Positions 9,417 through 19,269 of a DNA stretch of 64,000 bases are shown here, piece by piece. The stretch is from Gemmatimonadota bacterium (GTDB lineage Bacteria; Gemmatimonadota; Gemmatimonadetes; Longimicrobiales; Gaopeijiaceae), in NCBI GenBank assembly GCA_022823145.1, contig JAJDXS010000024.1:30319-94318 (forward strand), read 5' to 3'. Position numbers and translations under genes: made by a program. The notes beneath the pieces are model-generated. The model was not told where the DNA came from, did no database searches, and worked only from the letters and a program-made list of their open reading frames with translations. The number at the start of each line of letters is the position of its first letter. The first letter of the stretch is position 1.

Positions 9417-12329
9417 CTATTCGGGTTCAGCATGATCCAGCACCACCAGGGTGGGTTCCCGGCCGAGCGGCACAACGTAGGCGCCCCGCTCCATCTCGTA
9501 GTCCCCGGCCGGAGCCATGCGCCCGACGCCATCCACCGCCGCCGGCTGTTCGACCCGCAGCCGCGCATCCAGCAGGGTTGCCGTCGCGGCCGAGAGCGTC
9601 ACCCGAACCCCGTCGGCAAACAGCTCCACCGCCTCGAACGTGCCCGCGTCCAGCGTCAGCCACAGGCCAATCGGAGCCAGGTATACACGGGAGCGCGCCG
9701 CGTCGAGTGGGGTGACGCGAACCACGGCACCGGCCGCGCCGCCGCCCGGGCCGGTACCGTCCGTCATCAGGTTCCCCCCGAACGCCAGCCAGCCGAATTC
9801 GGGGTCGTTCACGACGTACGTGGCCGTGTTGATCGCGTGCGCCAGGAACCCCGGCCCGTAGTCGCCCGAGTACCCGTCGATCCGCAGCGTGGAGGGGTAG
9901 GCGTGGAAGGCGCTGGGGCCGAACCCGTCCTCGGTGATGTTCGTGATTCCGCCCATCAGACCCGCGTACCCGACGCGCAGCAGGTGGAGGTCGTCGGGGT
10001 GGGCGCGGTACTCCGAGAGCACCGGGATCGTGTTCAGCGCCGAGCCGTAGTGATGGAGCTGGCGCTCGATACGGCGGAGCTTGCCCGCGTACACGAAGTC
10101 CCAGTACCTGCGCGCGCTTCCGTTGTACCCCCAGTGCGGTACCGCCGGAGTGTAGGCGAGGATGGCGTTCAGCGTGACGAGCGCCTTCTCGTCGAAGCCG
10201 AAGTACCTGCACCAGGCGTAGACCTCCTCCTGCCCGGTCGAGTCCCAGGGCATCTCGCTGCCGTACGGGTAGCCCAGTTCGCGCCAGACTTCGGCCCGCG
10301 CGCGCATCGTCGCCTCCAGCGCCGCGGCCTGCTCGGTCCAGCCCTCGCGCTGCAGGTCGAGCAGGATGAGCAGGAAGATCGTCCCGCCCATCTGGCCGAA
10401 CTGCGCGTAGTGCCCGGCGTGTTCGACCATGGCCTGACCGGTTCGCCAGGCGCGGTCGAGGTACCAGTCCCAGGGATGATTGTTGACGAGCCCCTCCTGG
10501 TTGCGGGCCAGGCGGTAGAGCACCCAGTGCAGCGCGGCGACGTGAGGGTAGTTGTAGGATCGGCCGACCGTCATCGCGTGCTCGCGGTCCCAGCTCGACC
10601 AGCCGCCGTAGCGGACGTCGTCGCTGTAGGTGCCCTCGGGCATCTCGTCGGGCTGGTAGTAGAACATGCTCTTGCGGACTCCGTAGGCCAGTTCGCCCTC
10701 GGCGTACTGGAGCCCGCCCCAAACCACCTCGTCCACGAACCGCTGCATCTTCGCGAGTTCTTCCGGGTCCGGCTGCACGAGCTGCTTCATGATCGCGGCC
10801 AGCCACGATCCCGACCCGCCCTCGTCCCCGATTCCCGCGATCCAGGCCCGGTTGTCCTCGGTGACGTGCCTGCGCTCGTCGTAGTCGTAGCTGATGACCG
10901 ACGGGCTGCGGCCGAACGGGTCGTCCGGCACCTCGAACCACTGTTCGGTGGTCAGGAAGCGGCCCAGGTCGGCGACCGCATGGGCCGCCGGCTTGATGAC
11001 CTTGTAGTGGATGGTCTGCTCCAGCCCGTCCTCGTACGTCACCGTGAGGCGTGCGCGTCCCCACGACCGCCCGCGCACGTCGTAGGCGTTCCAACCGGCG
11101 TCGGCCGGGTCGGCGGCGGCGATGGCCGGCGCTCCTGGCGGTTCTCCGGCGGACGCGATCGCCAGCGCCCCGGCCGCCTCCCCGGAGGGTGTGACCGTGA
11201 GCGCTCCCGGCGGCTCCACCTCCAGCGTTCGCACCGCGGCCGCGTGCTTCAGGAAGAGCCGGGCCTCGATGTCCATCGGCACCACGTATCCGGGGACACC
11301 GACGGCGACGGGGCGGCCGTTGGCGAGCAGGGTGGGCTCGATCCGGCGGATCTCGTCGGCCAGGAGGAACTCCACACCGTAGGAACGGGTCTCGCCCGGG
11401 CCCAGCGTGGCCGACGTGGGCGGGTTCCACGGATCGGCCTCGCTCCATTCGTCCTCGGTGTACGCGAGGCTGTGCGCCATCCACTCGTAGAATCCCTCGA
11501 AGGTGACGCCGCGGGGAGTCGGATCGCTCAGCAGGGGGTTGTACGCCTCGAACGGGGTGTCGCCGAGGGGCACGACGAGCAGCGTGGCCCCCTGGCCGCT
11601 CAGGCGCGTCACCTGCAGGTATCCGGCGTCCCGGCCGATGTAGGGGTCGTGGAACGACGCGACCGCGTGCGCCTCGTCGAGGGAGCGCTCCGAGAGGATG
11701 TTGTTGAACACCATGGGAATGCCGAGCGCACCGATCTCCACGGACGCCGTGCCGGGGTTGTGGACTTCGAAGCGAAGCGCCAGGCGGCCGCCTCCGGACT
11801 CCCAGTAGCGGTGGACGCGCAAGGGAAGGTCGGGGGGGAGGGTGGGGGCCAGATCGGCGGCGGCGAGGACGGGCGCCTCCGCAGGGAGCGCGTCGACGGG
11901 GCGGCGGGCCGCGGCGGTGGAGTAGTGTTTCCAGCCGTCGGATCCGGCCCGGCGGAGGCGCAGCGTAAGGTCGCCCAGGTGGAAGAACTCGTCGGCCGCG
12001 CGCCGGTCCAGCCAGTCGGACGGCGTGAAGTCGAAGCCGCCTGCGTCGCCGGACCGGATCGTGGCCACGGGCTGGAGCGCAGCCACGGTCTGTGAGGCGC
12101 GAACGAGCTTGAGGCGGAGCGGTCCCGCTTCCAGGTCCTGCACACCCTGCTCGAGTCCGAGGGTGGGGATCGCGTCCGCTGAGCGATCGCGGTCTCCGGC
12201 GCGGTCGGCGTCAGGAGCGCATGCGCCGTGCAGCGTGGCGGCGGACAGCGCGAGGAACGGGACCCGGAGGCGGCGCAGGCTGGTTGCCGAGGTGCGCGCG
12301 GCTCTCCACAGGCTCTCAATCCTGCCCAT
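9417..12329 (-). CDS. Uncharacterised ~970-aa putative lipoprotein, probably glycoside-hydrolase-like (possibly DUF5695-type; from memory, unverified)
   Basis: ATG 12329 lies 6 nt after GGGAGG on the minus strand and gives MGRIESLW..LRVPFLALSAATLHGAC, a signal followed by Cys. The central region has helical-barrel-like motifs (RSYNYPHVAALHW, HWGYNGSARRYWDF, LHHYGSALN). It overlaps the araD 3' end by 14 nt. The track ORF extends to 12569. Confidence 0.7.
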   Translation of the reverse strand: MGRIESLWRAARTSATSLRRLRVPFLALSAATLHGACAPDADRAGDRDRSADAIPTLGLEQGVQDLEAGPLRLKLVRASQTVAALQPVATIRSGDAGGFDFTPSDWLDRRAADEFFHLGDLTLRLRRAGSDGWKHYSTAAARRPVDALPAEAPVLAAADLAPTLPPDLPLRVHRYWESGGGRLALRFEVHNPGTASVEIGALGIPMVFNNILSERSLDEAHAVASFHDPYIGRDAGYLQVTRLSGQGATLLVVPLGDTPFEAYNPLLSDPTPRGVTFEGFYEWMAHSLAYTEDEWSEADPWNPPTSATLGPGETRSYGVEFLLADEIRRIEPTLLANGRPVAVGVPGYVVPMDIEARLFLKHAAAVRTLEVEPPGALTVTPSGEAAGALAIASAGEPPGAPAIAAADPADAGWNAYDVRGRSWGRARLTVTYEDGLEQTIHYKVIKPAAHAVADLGRFLTTEQWFEVPDDPFGRSPSVISYDYDERRHVTEDNRAWIAGIGDEGGSGSWLAAIMKQLVQPDPEELAKMQRFVDEVVWGGLQYAEGELAYGVRKSMFYYQPDEMPEGTYSDDVRYGGWSSWDREHAMTVGRSYNYPHVAALHWVLYRLARNQEGLVNNHPWDWYLDRAWRTGQAMVEHAGHYAQFGQMGGTIFLLILLDLQREGWTEQAAALEATMRARAEVWRELGYPYGSEMPWDSTGQEEVYAWCRYFGFDEKALVTLNAILAYTPAVPHWGYNGSARRYWDFVYAGKLRRIERQLHHYGSALNTIPVLSEYRAHPDDLHLLRVGYAGLMGGITNITEDGFGPSAFHAYPSTLRIDGYSGDYGPGFLAHAINTATYVVNDPEFGWLAFGGNLMTDGTGPGGGAAGAVVRVTPLDAARSRVYLAPIGLWLTLDAGTFEAVELFADGVRVTLSAATATLLDARLRVEQPAAVDGVGRMAPAGDYEMERGAYVVPLGREPTLVVLDHAEPE

Positions 12330-13020
12330 AATACGCCTCCCGGCCATGCTTGCGGAGGAAATGCCTGTCGACGAGGTGCGCGGCGGGGCGGGGGGCGTCG
12401 GGTGCAATCGCACGAATCGTGCACTCCATGCGTGCGAGCACCTCCAGCATCTCGGAGCGCGCCACGGCCTCGTGGCCGTCGCCGCCCCACGTGAACGGCC
12501 CGTGGTTGGCGACCAGGACCGCCGACACGTCCGCCGGCGAGATGCCGTTTTCGGTGAAGGTCTCGACAATCACCAGCCCCGTGTTGCGTTCGTACTCGCC
12601 CTCGACCTCGTCGCGGGCCAGCTCCCTCGTCACCGGGACGTCCCCGCGGAAGTAGTCGGCGTGGGTCGTGCCCATGCAGCGGACGGGAAGCCTCGCCTGC
12701 GCGAGCGCGGTCGCGAACTCCGAGTGCGTGTGGGCCACGCCGCCGCAGGGGAACGCCCGGTAGATCTCGAGGTGCGTGGGCGTGTCGGAGGATGGGCGCA
12801 GATCGCCGTCGATCACCTCGCCGGTCTCCAGCGAGACCAGTACGACATGGTACGGGGTCAGCTCGGCGTAGGGCACGCCGCTGGGCTTGATCGCGAAGAG
12901 GCCCGCGTCACGGTCCACCCCCGACACGTTGCCGAAGGTGCCGGTGACGAGGCCGCTCGCGGCCAGCTCGAGGTTGGCGGCACAGACGGACTCCTTCAGG
13001 GCGGCGGCGCGCGGACTCAT
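12316..13020 (-). CDS. araD: L-ribulose-5-phosphate 4-epimerase
   Basis: ATG at 13020 gives MSPRAAALKESVCAANLELAASGLVTGTFGNVSGVDR..IKPSGV..HTHS..ANHGPFTWG, a class II aldolase/adducin fold of 234 aa. ATGA overlap with the araB stop. Confidence 0.9.
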   Translation of the reverse strand: MSPRAAALKESVCAANLELAASGLVTGTFGNVSGVDRDAGLFAIKPSGVPYAELTPYHVVLVSLETGEVIDGDLRPSSDTPTHLEIYRAFPCGGVAHTHSEFATALAQARLPVRCMGTTHADYFRGDVPVTRELARDEVEGEYERNTGLVIVETFTENGISPADVSAVLVANHGPFTWGGDGHEAVARSEMLEVLARMECTIRAIAPDAPRPAAHLVDRHFLRKHGREAYYGQD

Positions 13021-14747
13021 CTGGCGGCCTCTCCCGCGCTCATCGCGGATCCCGCGGCGCCGTCCGCCGCGACACGCTCGCGCAGGGCGAGCAGCCGCTT
13101 CATCATCGTGGGGAAGTCGCCCTCGGCGCCCGGCACGCCCCCGAAGCAGTCGTGCAGTTCGCGGTACATGGCGTACAGCTCGTCGTAGACGGCCTCTGCG
13201 CCCGGGTCCGGGTCGAAGCGCTCGTCGCGCAGGGAGGTCATGCGCCCCTGGGCCTCCTCGAAGCTCGCGTACCCGCCCGCCTCGGCACCCGCCGCCACGG
13301 CTGCCGAGATCGCCGCCCCCAGGGCCGGGGTCTGGGGCGAGCCGGCCAGCAGCATCGGCCGTCCCAGCACATCGGCGTAGATCTGCATGAAGAGGCCGTT
13401 CTTCGCCGCGATTCCCCCGCAACAGACGATCCGGTCGATCGGGACGCCGCAATCCGCGAGCCGCTCCACGATCGCACGCGCGCCGAAGGCCGTCGACTCG
13501 ATGAGCGCGCGGTACACCTCGGCCCGCCCCGTCCCAAGCGTCTGTCCCAGGATCAGACCTGTCAGGCGCGGGTCCACGAGCACCGTGCGGTTGCCGTTGT
13601 TCCAGTCGAGCGCGAGCAGCCCGGATTCGCCCGGACGGAGCCCCGCGGCCTCGTCGGAGAGCCTGGCGTGCAGCGTGTCGTCGCCCCCGCAGACGGAATC
13701 GGTCCACCAGTGGAGCAGGTCGCCGACGGCGGACTGGCCGGCCTCGATCCCGTAGTAGCCCGTCATGACCGAGCCGTCCACGATCCCGCAGATGCCCGGC
13801 ACGTTGCCGATCGGCTCACCCGCCGGCGCGACGGTGATGTCGCACGTCGACGTGCCGATGATCTTGACCAGAGTTCCCGGCGCCACCCCCGCTCCCACCG
13901 CACCGTAGTGCGCGTCGAAGCCGCCCATGGCGATCGGGATGCCGGCGCGCAGACCGAGCGTCTCCGCCCAGCCGGGCGACAGGCCGCCGGCCGAGAGGTG
14001 GGGGGGATGCGCCTCGTCGAAGAGCCGGTCGCGCAACCCGGCGAGCCGCGGATCGAGGCGCGCGAGGAATGCGGCGGACGGCAGGCCGCCCCACGCCCGC
14101 GAATACATCGCCTTGTGTCCCGCGGCGCACACGCAACGAAAAACGTTGCGCGGGTCTTTGACGCCGGCGAGCACGGCGGGTACGAAGTCGGCGAGCTCCA
14201 CCCAGGACGCCGCCGCCTCGAAGACGTCGGGGGCCACATTCAGGCAGTGCCAGACCTTCGACCAGAACCATTCGGACGAATACGTCCCGCCGATGGGGGC
14301 CAGATACTCGGGGGCATGTTGCTCTGCCGCCCTGGTGATGGCCGCCGCCTCCTCGGCCGCGGTGTGGTCCTTCCACAGCCAGGCGTGGGCCGCCGGGTGT
14401 TGGCGCCACTTCGGGTCGAAGGCGAGCGGGCGGCATGCGGCGTCCACAGGGATCGGCGTGGATCCCGTCGTGTCGACGCCGATGCCGATCACCCGTTCGC
14501 GGGAGAAGCCGGCGTCCGCCCCCTCCGCCTCGGCCAGCGCTCCCAGCGTGGCGACCCGCAGGCCCTCCACGTAGTCGGCAGGATTCTGGCGCGCCAGGTG
14601 GGGATCCGCTGCGTCAACGATCACCCCGCGCTCGCCCGACGGGTAGTCTAATACGTGGGTGCCCGCGGTGCGGCCGTCCTCACAGGAGACCACGACCGCC
14701 CGCACCGAGTTGGTGCCGTAGTCGAGACCGAGCGTGTAGGCGCCCAT
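13017..14747 (-). CDS. araB: Ribulokinase (FGGY carbohydrate kinase)
   Basis: 576 aa. MGAYTLGLDYGTNSVRAVVV is an FGGY N-terminus. Length and context between araD and the symporter fit ribulokinase. Confidence 0.9.
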   Translation of the reverse strand: MGAYTLGLDYGTNSVRAVVVSCEDGRTAGTHVLDYPSGERGVIVDAADPHLARQNPADYVEGLRVATLGALAEAEGADAGFSRERVIGIGVDTTGSTPIPVDAACRPLAFDPKWRQHPAAHAWLWKDHTAAEEAAAITRAAEQHAPEYLAPIGGTYSSEWFWSKVWHCLNVAPDVFEAAASWVELADFVPAVLAGVKDPRNVFRCVCAAGHKAMYSRAWGGLPSAAFLARLDPRLAGLRDRLFDEAHPPHLSAGGLSPGWAETLGLRAGIPIAMGGFDAHYGAVGAGVAPGTLVKIIGTSTCDITVAPAGEPIGNVPGICGIVDGSVMTGYYGIEAGQSAVGDLLHWWTDSVCGGDDTLHARLSDEAAGLRPGESGLLALDWNNGNRTVLVDPRLTGLILGQTLGTGRAEVYRALIESTAFGARAIVERLADCGVPIDRIVCCGGIAAKNGLFMQIYADVLGRPMLLAGSPQTPALGAAISAAVAAGAEAGGYASFEEAQGRMTSLRDERFDPDPGAEAVYDELYAMYRELHDCFGGVPGAEGDFPTMMKRLLALRERVAADGAAGSAMSAGEAAR

Positions 14748-14757
14748 CGCGTGCCTC

Positions 14758-16521
14758 TCAGCTGCGGAAGTAGAGATAGGCCAGCAGGATCATGATCAGG
14801 ACCACGGCGGATCCGATCACGTCCCGGCGGTCCCAGCTGCCGCGCGACGCCGCCCGGTGCTCGTCCGTCACGGTCGCGTACGTCAGCCCCGAGATCCGGC
14901 CGTACGACGGCGGCTCGGTCAGGTAGCTCACCACGACCATCACCACCACCGAGACCGTGAAGATGAAGAGGCTGTAGTACTGGAAATAGATGTTGTTGAC
15001 GATCCACAGGAACGACCCGGGATCGTAGCCGGCCTCGAACCCCGCCATCCCCATCGAGACCGGGGTGTCGACCGCCAGGCGGAACGCCCCCAGCACGAAG
15101 CCGACGACGAGCGCGGCCAGGCATCCCTTCGCATTCAGCCGCTTCATGAAGACGCCGAGGAAGAAGACGACGAAGATCGGAGGCGCCAGGTACCCCTGCA
15201 CGCCCTGCAGGTACTGGTAGAGACCCCGCGACCCCTGGATGACGGGGATCCACAGCAGCCCGATCAGCACCATCGTCGCGGTGGCCACCCGTCCCACCCA
15301 CACCAGCCGCTGCTGCGACGCCGCGGGCCGCCACTTCTGGTACAGGTCCATCGTGAAGAGGGTGGACGATGCGTTGAACACGCCCGCCAGCGAACTCATC
15401 AGCGCGGCGAGCAGCCCCGCCACCACCAGTCCCCGCACCCCCACCGGCAGGATGCTCGTCACGAGGAGCGGGAAGGCGGCCTGCGCGGTGCCGGGGATCA
15501 CGTTCCCTTCGGCGTCCACCATCTGGTTGAGCGCGCCGTATTCTCCGGTGCGGGCGAGCGCCAGCGCGATCATTCCCGGGATGATGAAGATGAAGACGGG
15601 CAGCAGCTTGAGCATCCCGGCGAAGATGCTCCCGCGGCGGGCCTCGGTCTCGTTTCGCGCCCCCAGCGCGCGCTGCACGATGTACTGGTCGGTGCACCAG
15701 TACCACAGGCCGATGATCGGCGCGCACAGGAGCATTCCCGGCCACGGGAAGTTCCCGTTGAAGTACCACGCGATCCGGTTCGGCTCGAGCACCGGCGCCC
15801 ATGTCCCGTCCATCCCTTCGGGAATGATCGGCTTCCACAGGTTGAACATGTCCGGATCGAGCGCCTCCCGGAGCCCCCCCCACCCCCCCAGCGCGCTCAG
15901 CCCGAACCAGGTCAGCAGCCCCGATCCCACCACCAGCACCAGCGTCTGCAGCGCCTCGGTGTACGCGACCGCGCGCATCCCCCCCGCGACCGTGTAGATG
16001 CCGGTGAGCACGATCACCACCAGCGACCCCACCCAGAAGCTGTTCAGCGCCCACGGCCCGAGCTGCAGCTGCACGTCCGGCAGGAGCGTCGCGAAGACCA
16101 CCCCTCCCGCGAAGATCCCCACCGCGATCTTGGTCAGCACGTAGCTCACCAGCGAGATCAGCGAGAGCACCCAGCGCGCGGCCGGCGAGAAGCGCCGCTC
16201 CAGGAACTCGGGCATCGTGTACACGCGCGAGCGCATGAAGAAGGGGACGAACACCCACGCCAGGATCAGCAGGCACCACGCGTGCAGCTCGTAGTGCGCC
16301 AGCGCGACCCCGTCCGTCGCCCCCGATCCCGCCAGCCCCACGAGGTGCTCCGAGCCGATGTTCGACGCGAAGATCGACGCGCCGACGATGAACCACCCGA
16401 GGTTGCGGTTGGCCAGGAAGTAGTCGTCGGGCGTGTCCTTGCGCCTGCGGAACACCCACCCGGCGAGTCCCCCCACCAGGCCGAGGTACGCGAGGATGAT
16501 CAGCCAGTCGAGCGTGGCCAT
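14758..16521 (-). CDS. Sodium:solute symporter (SSS/SGLT family), putative Na+/L-arabinose transporter
   Basis: 587 aa, polytopic. YFLANRNLGWFIVGASIFASNIGSEHLVGLAGSGATDG is the SGLT-type signature. Substrate is inferred from the ara context only. Confidence 0.88.
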   Translation of the reverse strand: MATLDWLIILAYLGLVGGLAGWVFRRRKDTPDDYFLANRNLGWFIVGASIFASNIGSEHLVGLAGSGATDGVALAHYELHAWCLLILAWVFVPFFMRSRVYTMPEFLERRFSPAARWVLSLISLVSYVLTKIAVGIFAGGVVFATLLPDVQLQLGPWALNSFWVGSLVVIVLTGIYTVAGGMRAVAYTEALQTLVLVVGSGLLTWFGLSALGGWGGLREALDPDMFNLWKPIIPEGMDGTWAPVLEPNRIAWYFNGNFPWPGMLLCAPIIGLWYWCTDQYIVQRALGARNETEARRGSIFAGMLKLLPVFIFIIPGMIALALARTGEYGALNQMVDAEGNVIPGTAQAAFPLLVTSILPVGVRGLVVAGLLAALMSSLAGVFNASSTLFTMDLYQKWRPAASQQRLVWVGRVATATMVLIGLLWIPVIQGSRGLYQYLQGVQGYLAPPIFVVFFLGVFMKRLNAKGCLAALVVGFVLGAFRLAVDTPVSMGMAGFEAGYDPGSFLWIVNNIYFQYYSLFIFTVSVVVMVVVSYLTEPPSYGRISGLTYATVTDEHRAASRGSWDRRDVIGSAVVLIMILLAYLYFRS

Positions 16522-16540
16522 GCGGACTCCTTCGGGTGCG

Positions 16541-17734
16541 CTACCCCGTTGTGCCGAAGGTCACCACGGTGCGTGTGCCGTACTGCTCTCCGGGACGGAG
16601 GATCGTGGAGGGGAAGGTCGGCTGGTTGGGAGAATCCGGATAGTGCTGGGTCTCCAGGCAGAAGCCGCTCCGGTGCCCGTAGACGCGCCCGTTCTTACCC
16701 GTGATGGTGCCGTCGAGAAAGTTCCCCGAATAGAACTGGATCCCCGGCTCGGCGGTGTGGATCTCCAGCGTGCGACCGGTCAGGGGTTCCACGACGAACG
16801 CGGCCCGGTGCAGGCCATCGCGGGCGCCGGACGACAACCCTGACATTACGTCAGGGTTTCCGTCCAGCACGTAGTTGTGGTCGTAGCCCAGGCCGGCCGC
16901 GAGCTGCGCGTGATCCGCGTCGATGCGTGCCCCGATGGCCGCCGGAGTGCGGAAGTCGAAGGGCGTGCCTTCGACCGGCGCCAGCTCACCCGTGGGAATC
17001 AGCGTGGGGTCCACAGGAGTGTACCGGCTGGCGTCGATCGTGAGTTCATGCCCCAGAATGTCGCCCGCGGCCGACCCGGCGAGGTTGAAGTAGCTGTGCT
17101 GCGTGAGGTTCACCGGCGTCGCGCGGTCGGTCGTCGCGTGGTAGTCGAAGATCAGTTCGTCCGCGTCGGTGAGGGTGTATGTGACGCGAACGTCGAGCGT
17201 TCCCGGGTAGCCCTCCTCGCCATCCGGACTGGTGTAGCTGAAGACCACGCCGACCGCGTCGTCGCGCTCGAAGGGCTCGCCGGTCCACACCACCTTGTCG
17301 AAGCCGATGTCGCCGCCGTGCAGGTGGTTCGGCGCGTTGTTGGTGGCAAGCGCGAAGGTCTCGCCGTCGAGCGTGAAGCGTCCCCGCGCGATCCGGTTCC
17401 CGTAGCGGCCGATGATCGAGCCGAAATAGGGGGAGCCCGCCAGGTAAGGCTCCAGGCTGTCGAAGCCGAGCACGATGTCGTCCCAGCGGCCGTCCCGGTC
17501 GGGCGTCTTGATCGACAGGATGATCCCGCCGTAGGTGATGGCGCGCACCTCGAGTCCGTTGGCGTTGGTCATCGTGAAGAGTTCGACGACCTCTCCCGCG
17601 CCGGTCGTGCCGAACGGGACGCTGGTGATGGTTCGGGTCATGGGTGGGTCCGATCCGGCGCAGGCGGGCAGGAGAACCGGGATGATCAGGAAGGCCAATG
17701 GCCTTGGCGCGGGCCGACAATTCGCTCGGATCAT
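16541..17734 (-). CDS. galM: Aldose 1-epimerase (mutarotase) with lipoprotein-type signal
   Basis: 397 aa. N-terminus LAFLIIPVLLPACAGSD has lipobox LPAC. The body matches galactose mutarotase (NHLHGG, YDHNYVL, FCLETQHYPDSPN). Confidence 0.88.
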   Translation of the reverse strand: MIRANCRPAPRPLAFLIIPVLLPACAGSDPPMTRTITSVPFGTTGAGEVVELFTMTNANGLEVRAITYGGIILSIKTPDRDGRWDDIVLGFDSLEPYLAGSPYFGSIIGRYGNRIARGRFTLDGETFALATNNAPNHLHGGDIGFDKVVWTGEPFERDDAVGVVFSYTSPDGEEGYPGTLDVRVTYTLTDADELIFDYHATTDRATPVNLTQHSYFNLAGSAAGDILGHELTIDASRYTPVDPTLIPTGELAPVEGTPFDFRTPAAIGARIDADHAQLAAGLGYDHNYVLDGNPDVMSGLSSGARDGLHRAAFVVEPLTGRTLEIHTAEPGIQFYSGNFLDGTITGKNGRVYGHRSGFCLETQHYPDSPNQPTFPSTILRPGEQYGTRTVVTFGTTG

Positions 17735-17759
17735 GCTCGGTCGCTCCCCTCGAATTCCC

Positions 17760-19229
17760 TTATCGCAGCTCCCGCCGGAACTGTCTCAACGTGGTTTCTC
17801 CATCTATAAACAGGCACTCGACCCCCGCCATCGCCGCGAAGTCCTCCAGGTGCTCCGCCGTGAGCGCCAGGGAGAACCCGGTGTGATGCGCCCCGCCCGC
17901 ATGAATCCACGCGGCCGCCGCGGTCTCCAGATCCGGGCGCGGCTTCCATAGCGCGCGCGCCACGGGGAGTCTGGGCAGCGGCTCCGGCGGCTCGACCACA
18001 TCCACCTCGCTCACCACCATCCTGAACCGGTCGCCCATGTCCACCACGGTCACGTTCACCGCCGGCCCGGCGGCCGCGTCGAACACAAGCCGCACGGGGT
18101 CCTCCCGGCCTCCGATCCCGAGCGGGTGCACCTCGCACGACGGCGTGCCCGCGGCGATCGTCGGGCAGATCTCGAGCATGTGCGCGCCCAGGACGGCGGG
18201 GCCTTCCCGGTCGAGGTGGTAGGTGTAGTCCTCCATGAAGCTGGTGCCGCCCGGGAGACCGTGGGCCATCACCTTCATCGACCGCACGAGCGCGGCGTGC
18301 TTCCAGTCCCCCTCGGCGCCGAACCCGTAGCCGTCCGCCATGAGGCGCTGGGCCGCGATGCCCGGCAGCTGGCGCAGGCCGTGCAGGTTCTCGAAGGTGT
18401 CGGTGAAGGCGTGGAACCCGCCGTCGGTCAGGAACGAACGCAGCCCCAGTTCGATCCGCGCGGCCTCGCGCAGCGACGAATGCCTGGGGCCGCCCGGCAG
18501 CAGCGACGCCATCATCGTGTACGACGCCGCGTATTCCTCGCACAGCGCGTCGACCGCGGCCTCTCCCGCCGCGGGCACATGCGCAACAAGGTCCCCCAGC
18601 CCGTACCCGTTCACCGCATACCCGAAACGCCGCTCGGCTTCGACCTTGTCGCCCTCGGTCACCGCGACCTCGCGCATGTTGTCGCCGATGCGCGCGATCC
18701 GCATTCCCTGGCTGTCGTGCCAGGCCGCGGCGGCGCGCAGCCAGACCGCGACCCGCTGCTGCACCGCCGCGTCCCGCCAGTGCCCGACGACGACCTTCCG
18801 CTCGATCCCCAGGCGGGTACAGATGTGCCCGAACTCGCGCCCGCCGTGGGCCGACTGGTTCAGGTTCATGAAGTCCATGTCGATCGTCGCCCACGGGATG
18901 TCCCTGCCCATCTGCGTATGCAGGTGGCACAGCGGCCGCCGCAGCGCGCTCAGCCCCCCGATCCACATCCTGCCCGGGCTGAAGGTGTGCATCCACGCGA
19001 TGACGCCGACGCAGTTCGGGGCGGCGTCCGCCTCCCGCAATGCCGCCGAGATCTCCTCCGGCGTCGTCACCACCGCCTTGAACACGACCCGGACCGGCAG
19101 CGCGCCCGACCCGTTGAGGCCCGCCACGATCGCCTCGGCGTTGGCGCGCACCCGCTCCAGCGCGTCCGGCCCGTAGAGATGCTGGCTGCCGGTGACGAAC
19201 CAGGCCTCGAGGGGAGCGTAGTCGATCAC
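17760..19229 (-). CDS. araA: L-arabinose isomerase
   Basis: 489 aa. [27 protein letters not shown] is a typical AraA N-terminus. Length fits. Confidence 0.93.
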   Translation of the reverse strand: MIDYAPLEAWFVTGSQHLYGPDALERVRANAEAIVAGLNGSGALPVRVVFKAVVTTPEEISAALREADAAPNCVGVIAWMHTFSPGRMWIGGLSALRRPLCHLHTQMGRDIPWATIDMDFMNLNQSAHGGREFGHICTRLGIERKVVVGHWRDAAVQQRVAVWLRAAAAWHDSQGMRIARIGDNMREVAVTEGDKVEAERRFGYAVNGYGLGDLVAHVPAAGEAAVDALCEEYAASYTMMASLLPGGPRHSSLREAARIELGLRSFLTDGGFHAFTDTFENLHGLRQLPGIAAQRLMADGYGFGAEGDWKHAALVRSMKVMAHGLPGGTSFMEDYTYHLDREGPAVLGAHMLEICPTIAAGTPSCEVHPLGIGGREDPVRLVFDAAAGPAVNVTVVDMGDRFRMVVSEVDVVEPPEPLPRLPVARALWKPRPDLETAAAAWIHAGGAHHTGFSLALTAEHLEDFAAMAGVECLFIDGETTLRQFRRELR

Positions 19230-19269
19230 GCGTCCGCGGACCCGCCGATCCCGCGTCCAGGGCCGCCGA

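Noticed and set aside
9384-12095. 903-aa plus-strand ORF antisense to the large lipoprotein gene. Similar antisense giants occur at 14857..16704, 19534..22005, 24513..26087, 30027..32228, 33801..35849, 41757..44057, 48009..49520, 54627..57452, 57674..59626 and 59164..61167.
   Set aside because: Each lies exactly opposite a gene with clear family motifs and has low-complexity R/G/P/H/D-rich composition. Stop-codon depletion on the antisense strand is expected at about 70% GC. None has a plausible RBS or recognisable domain.
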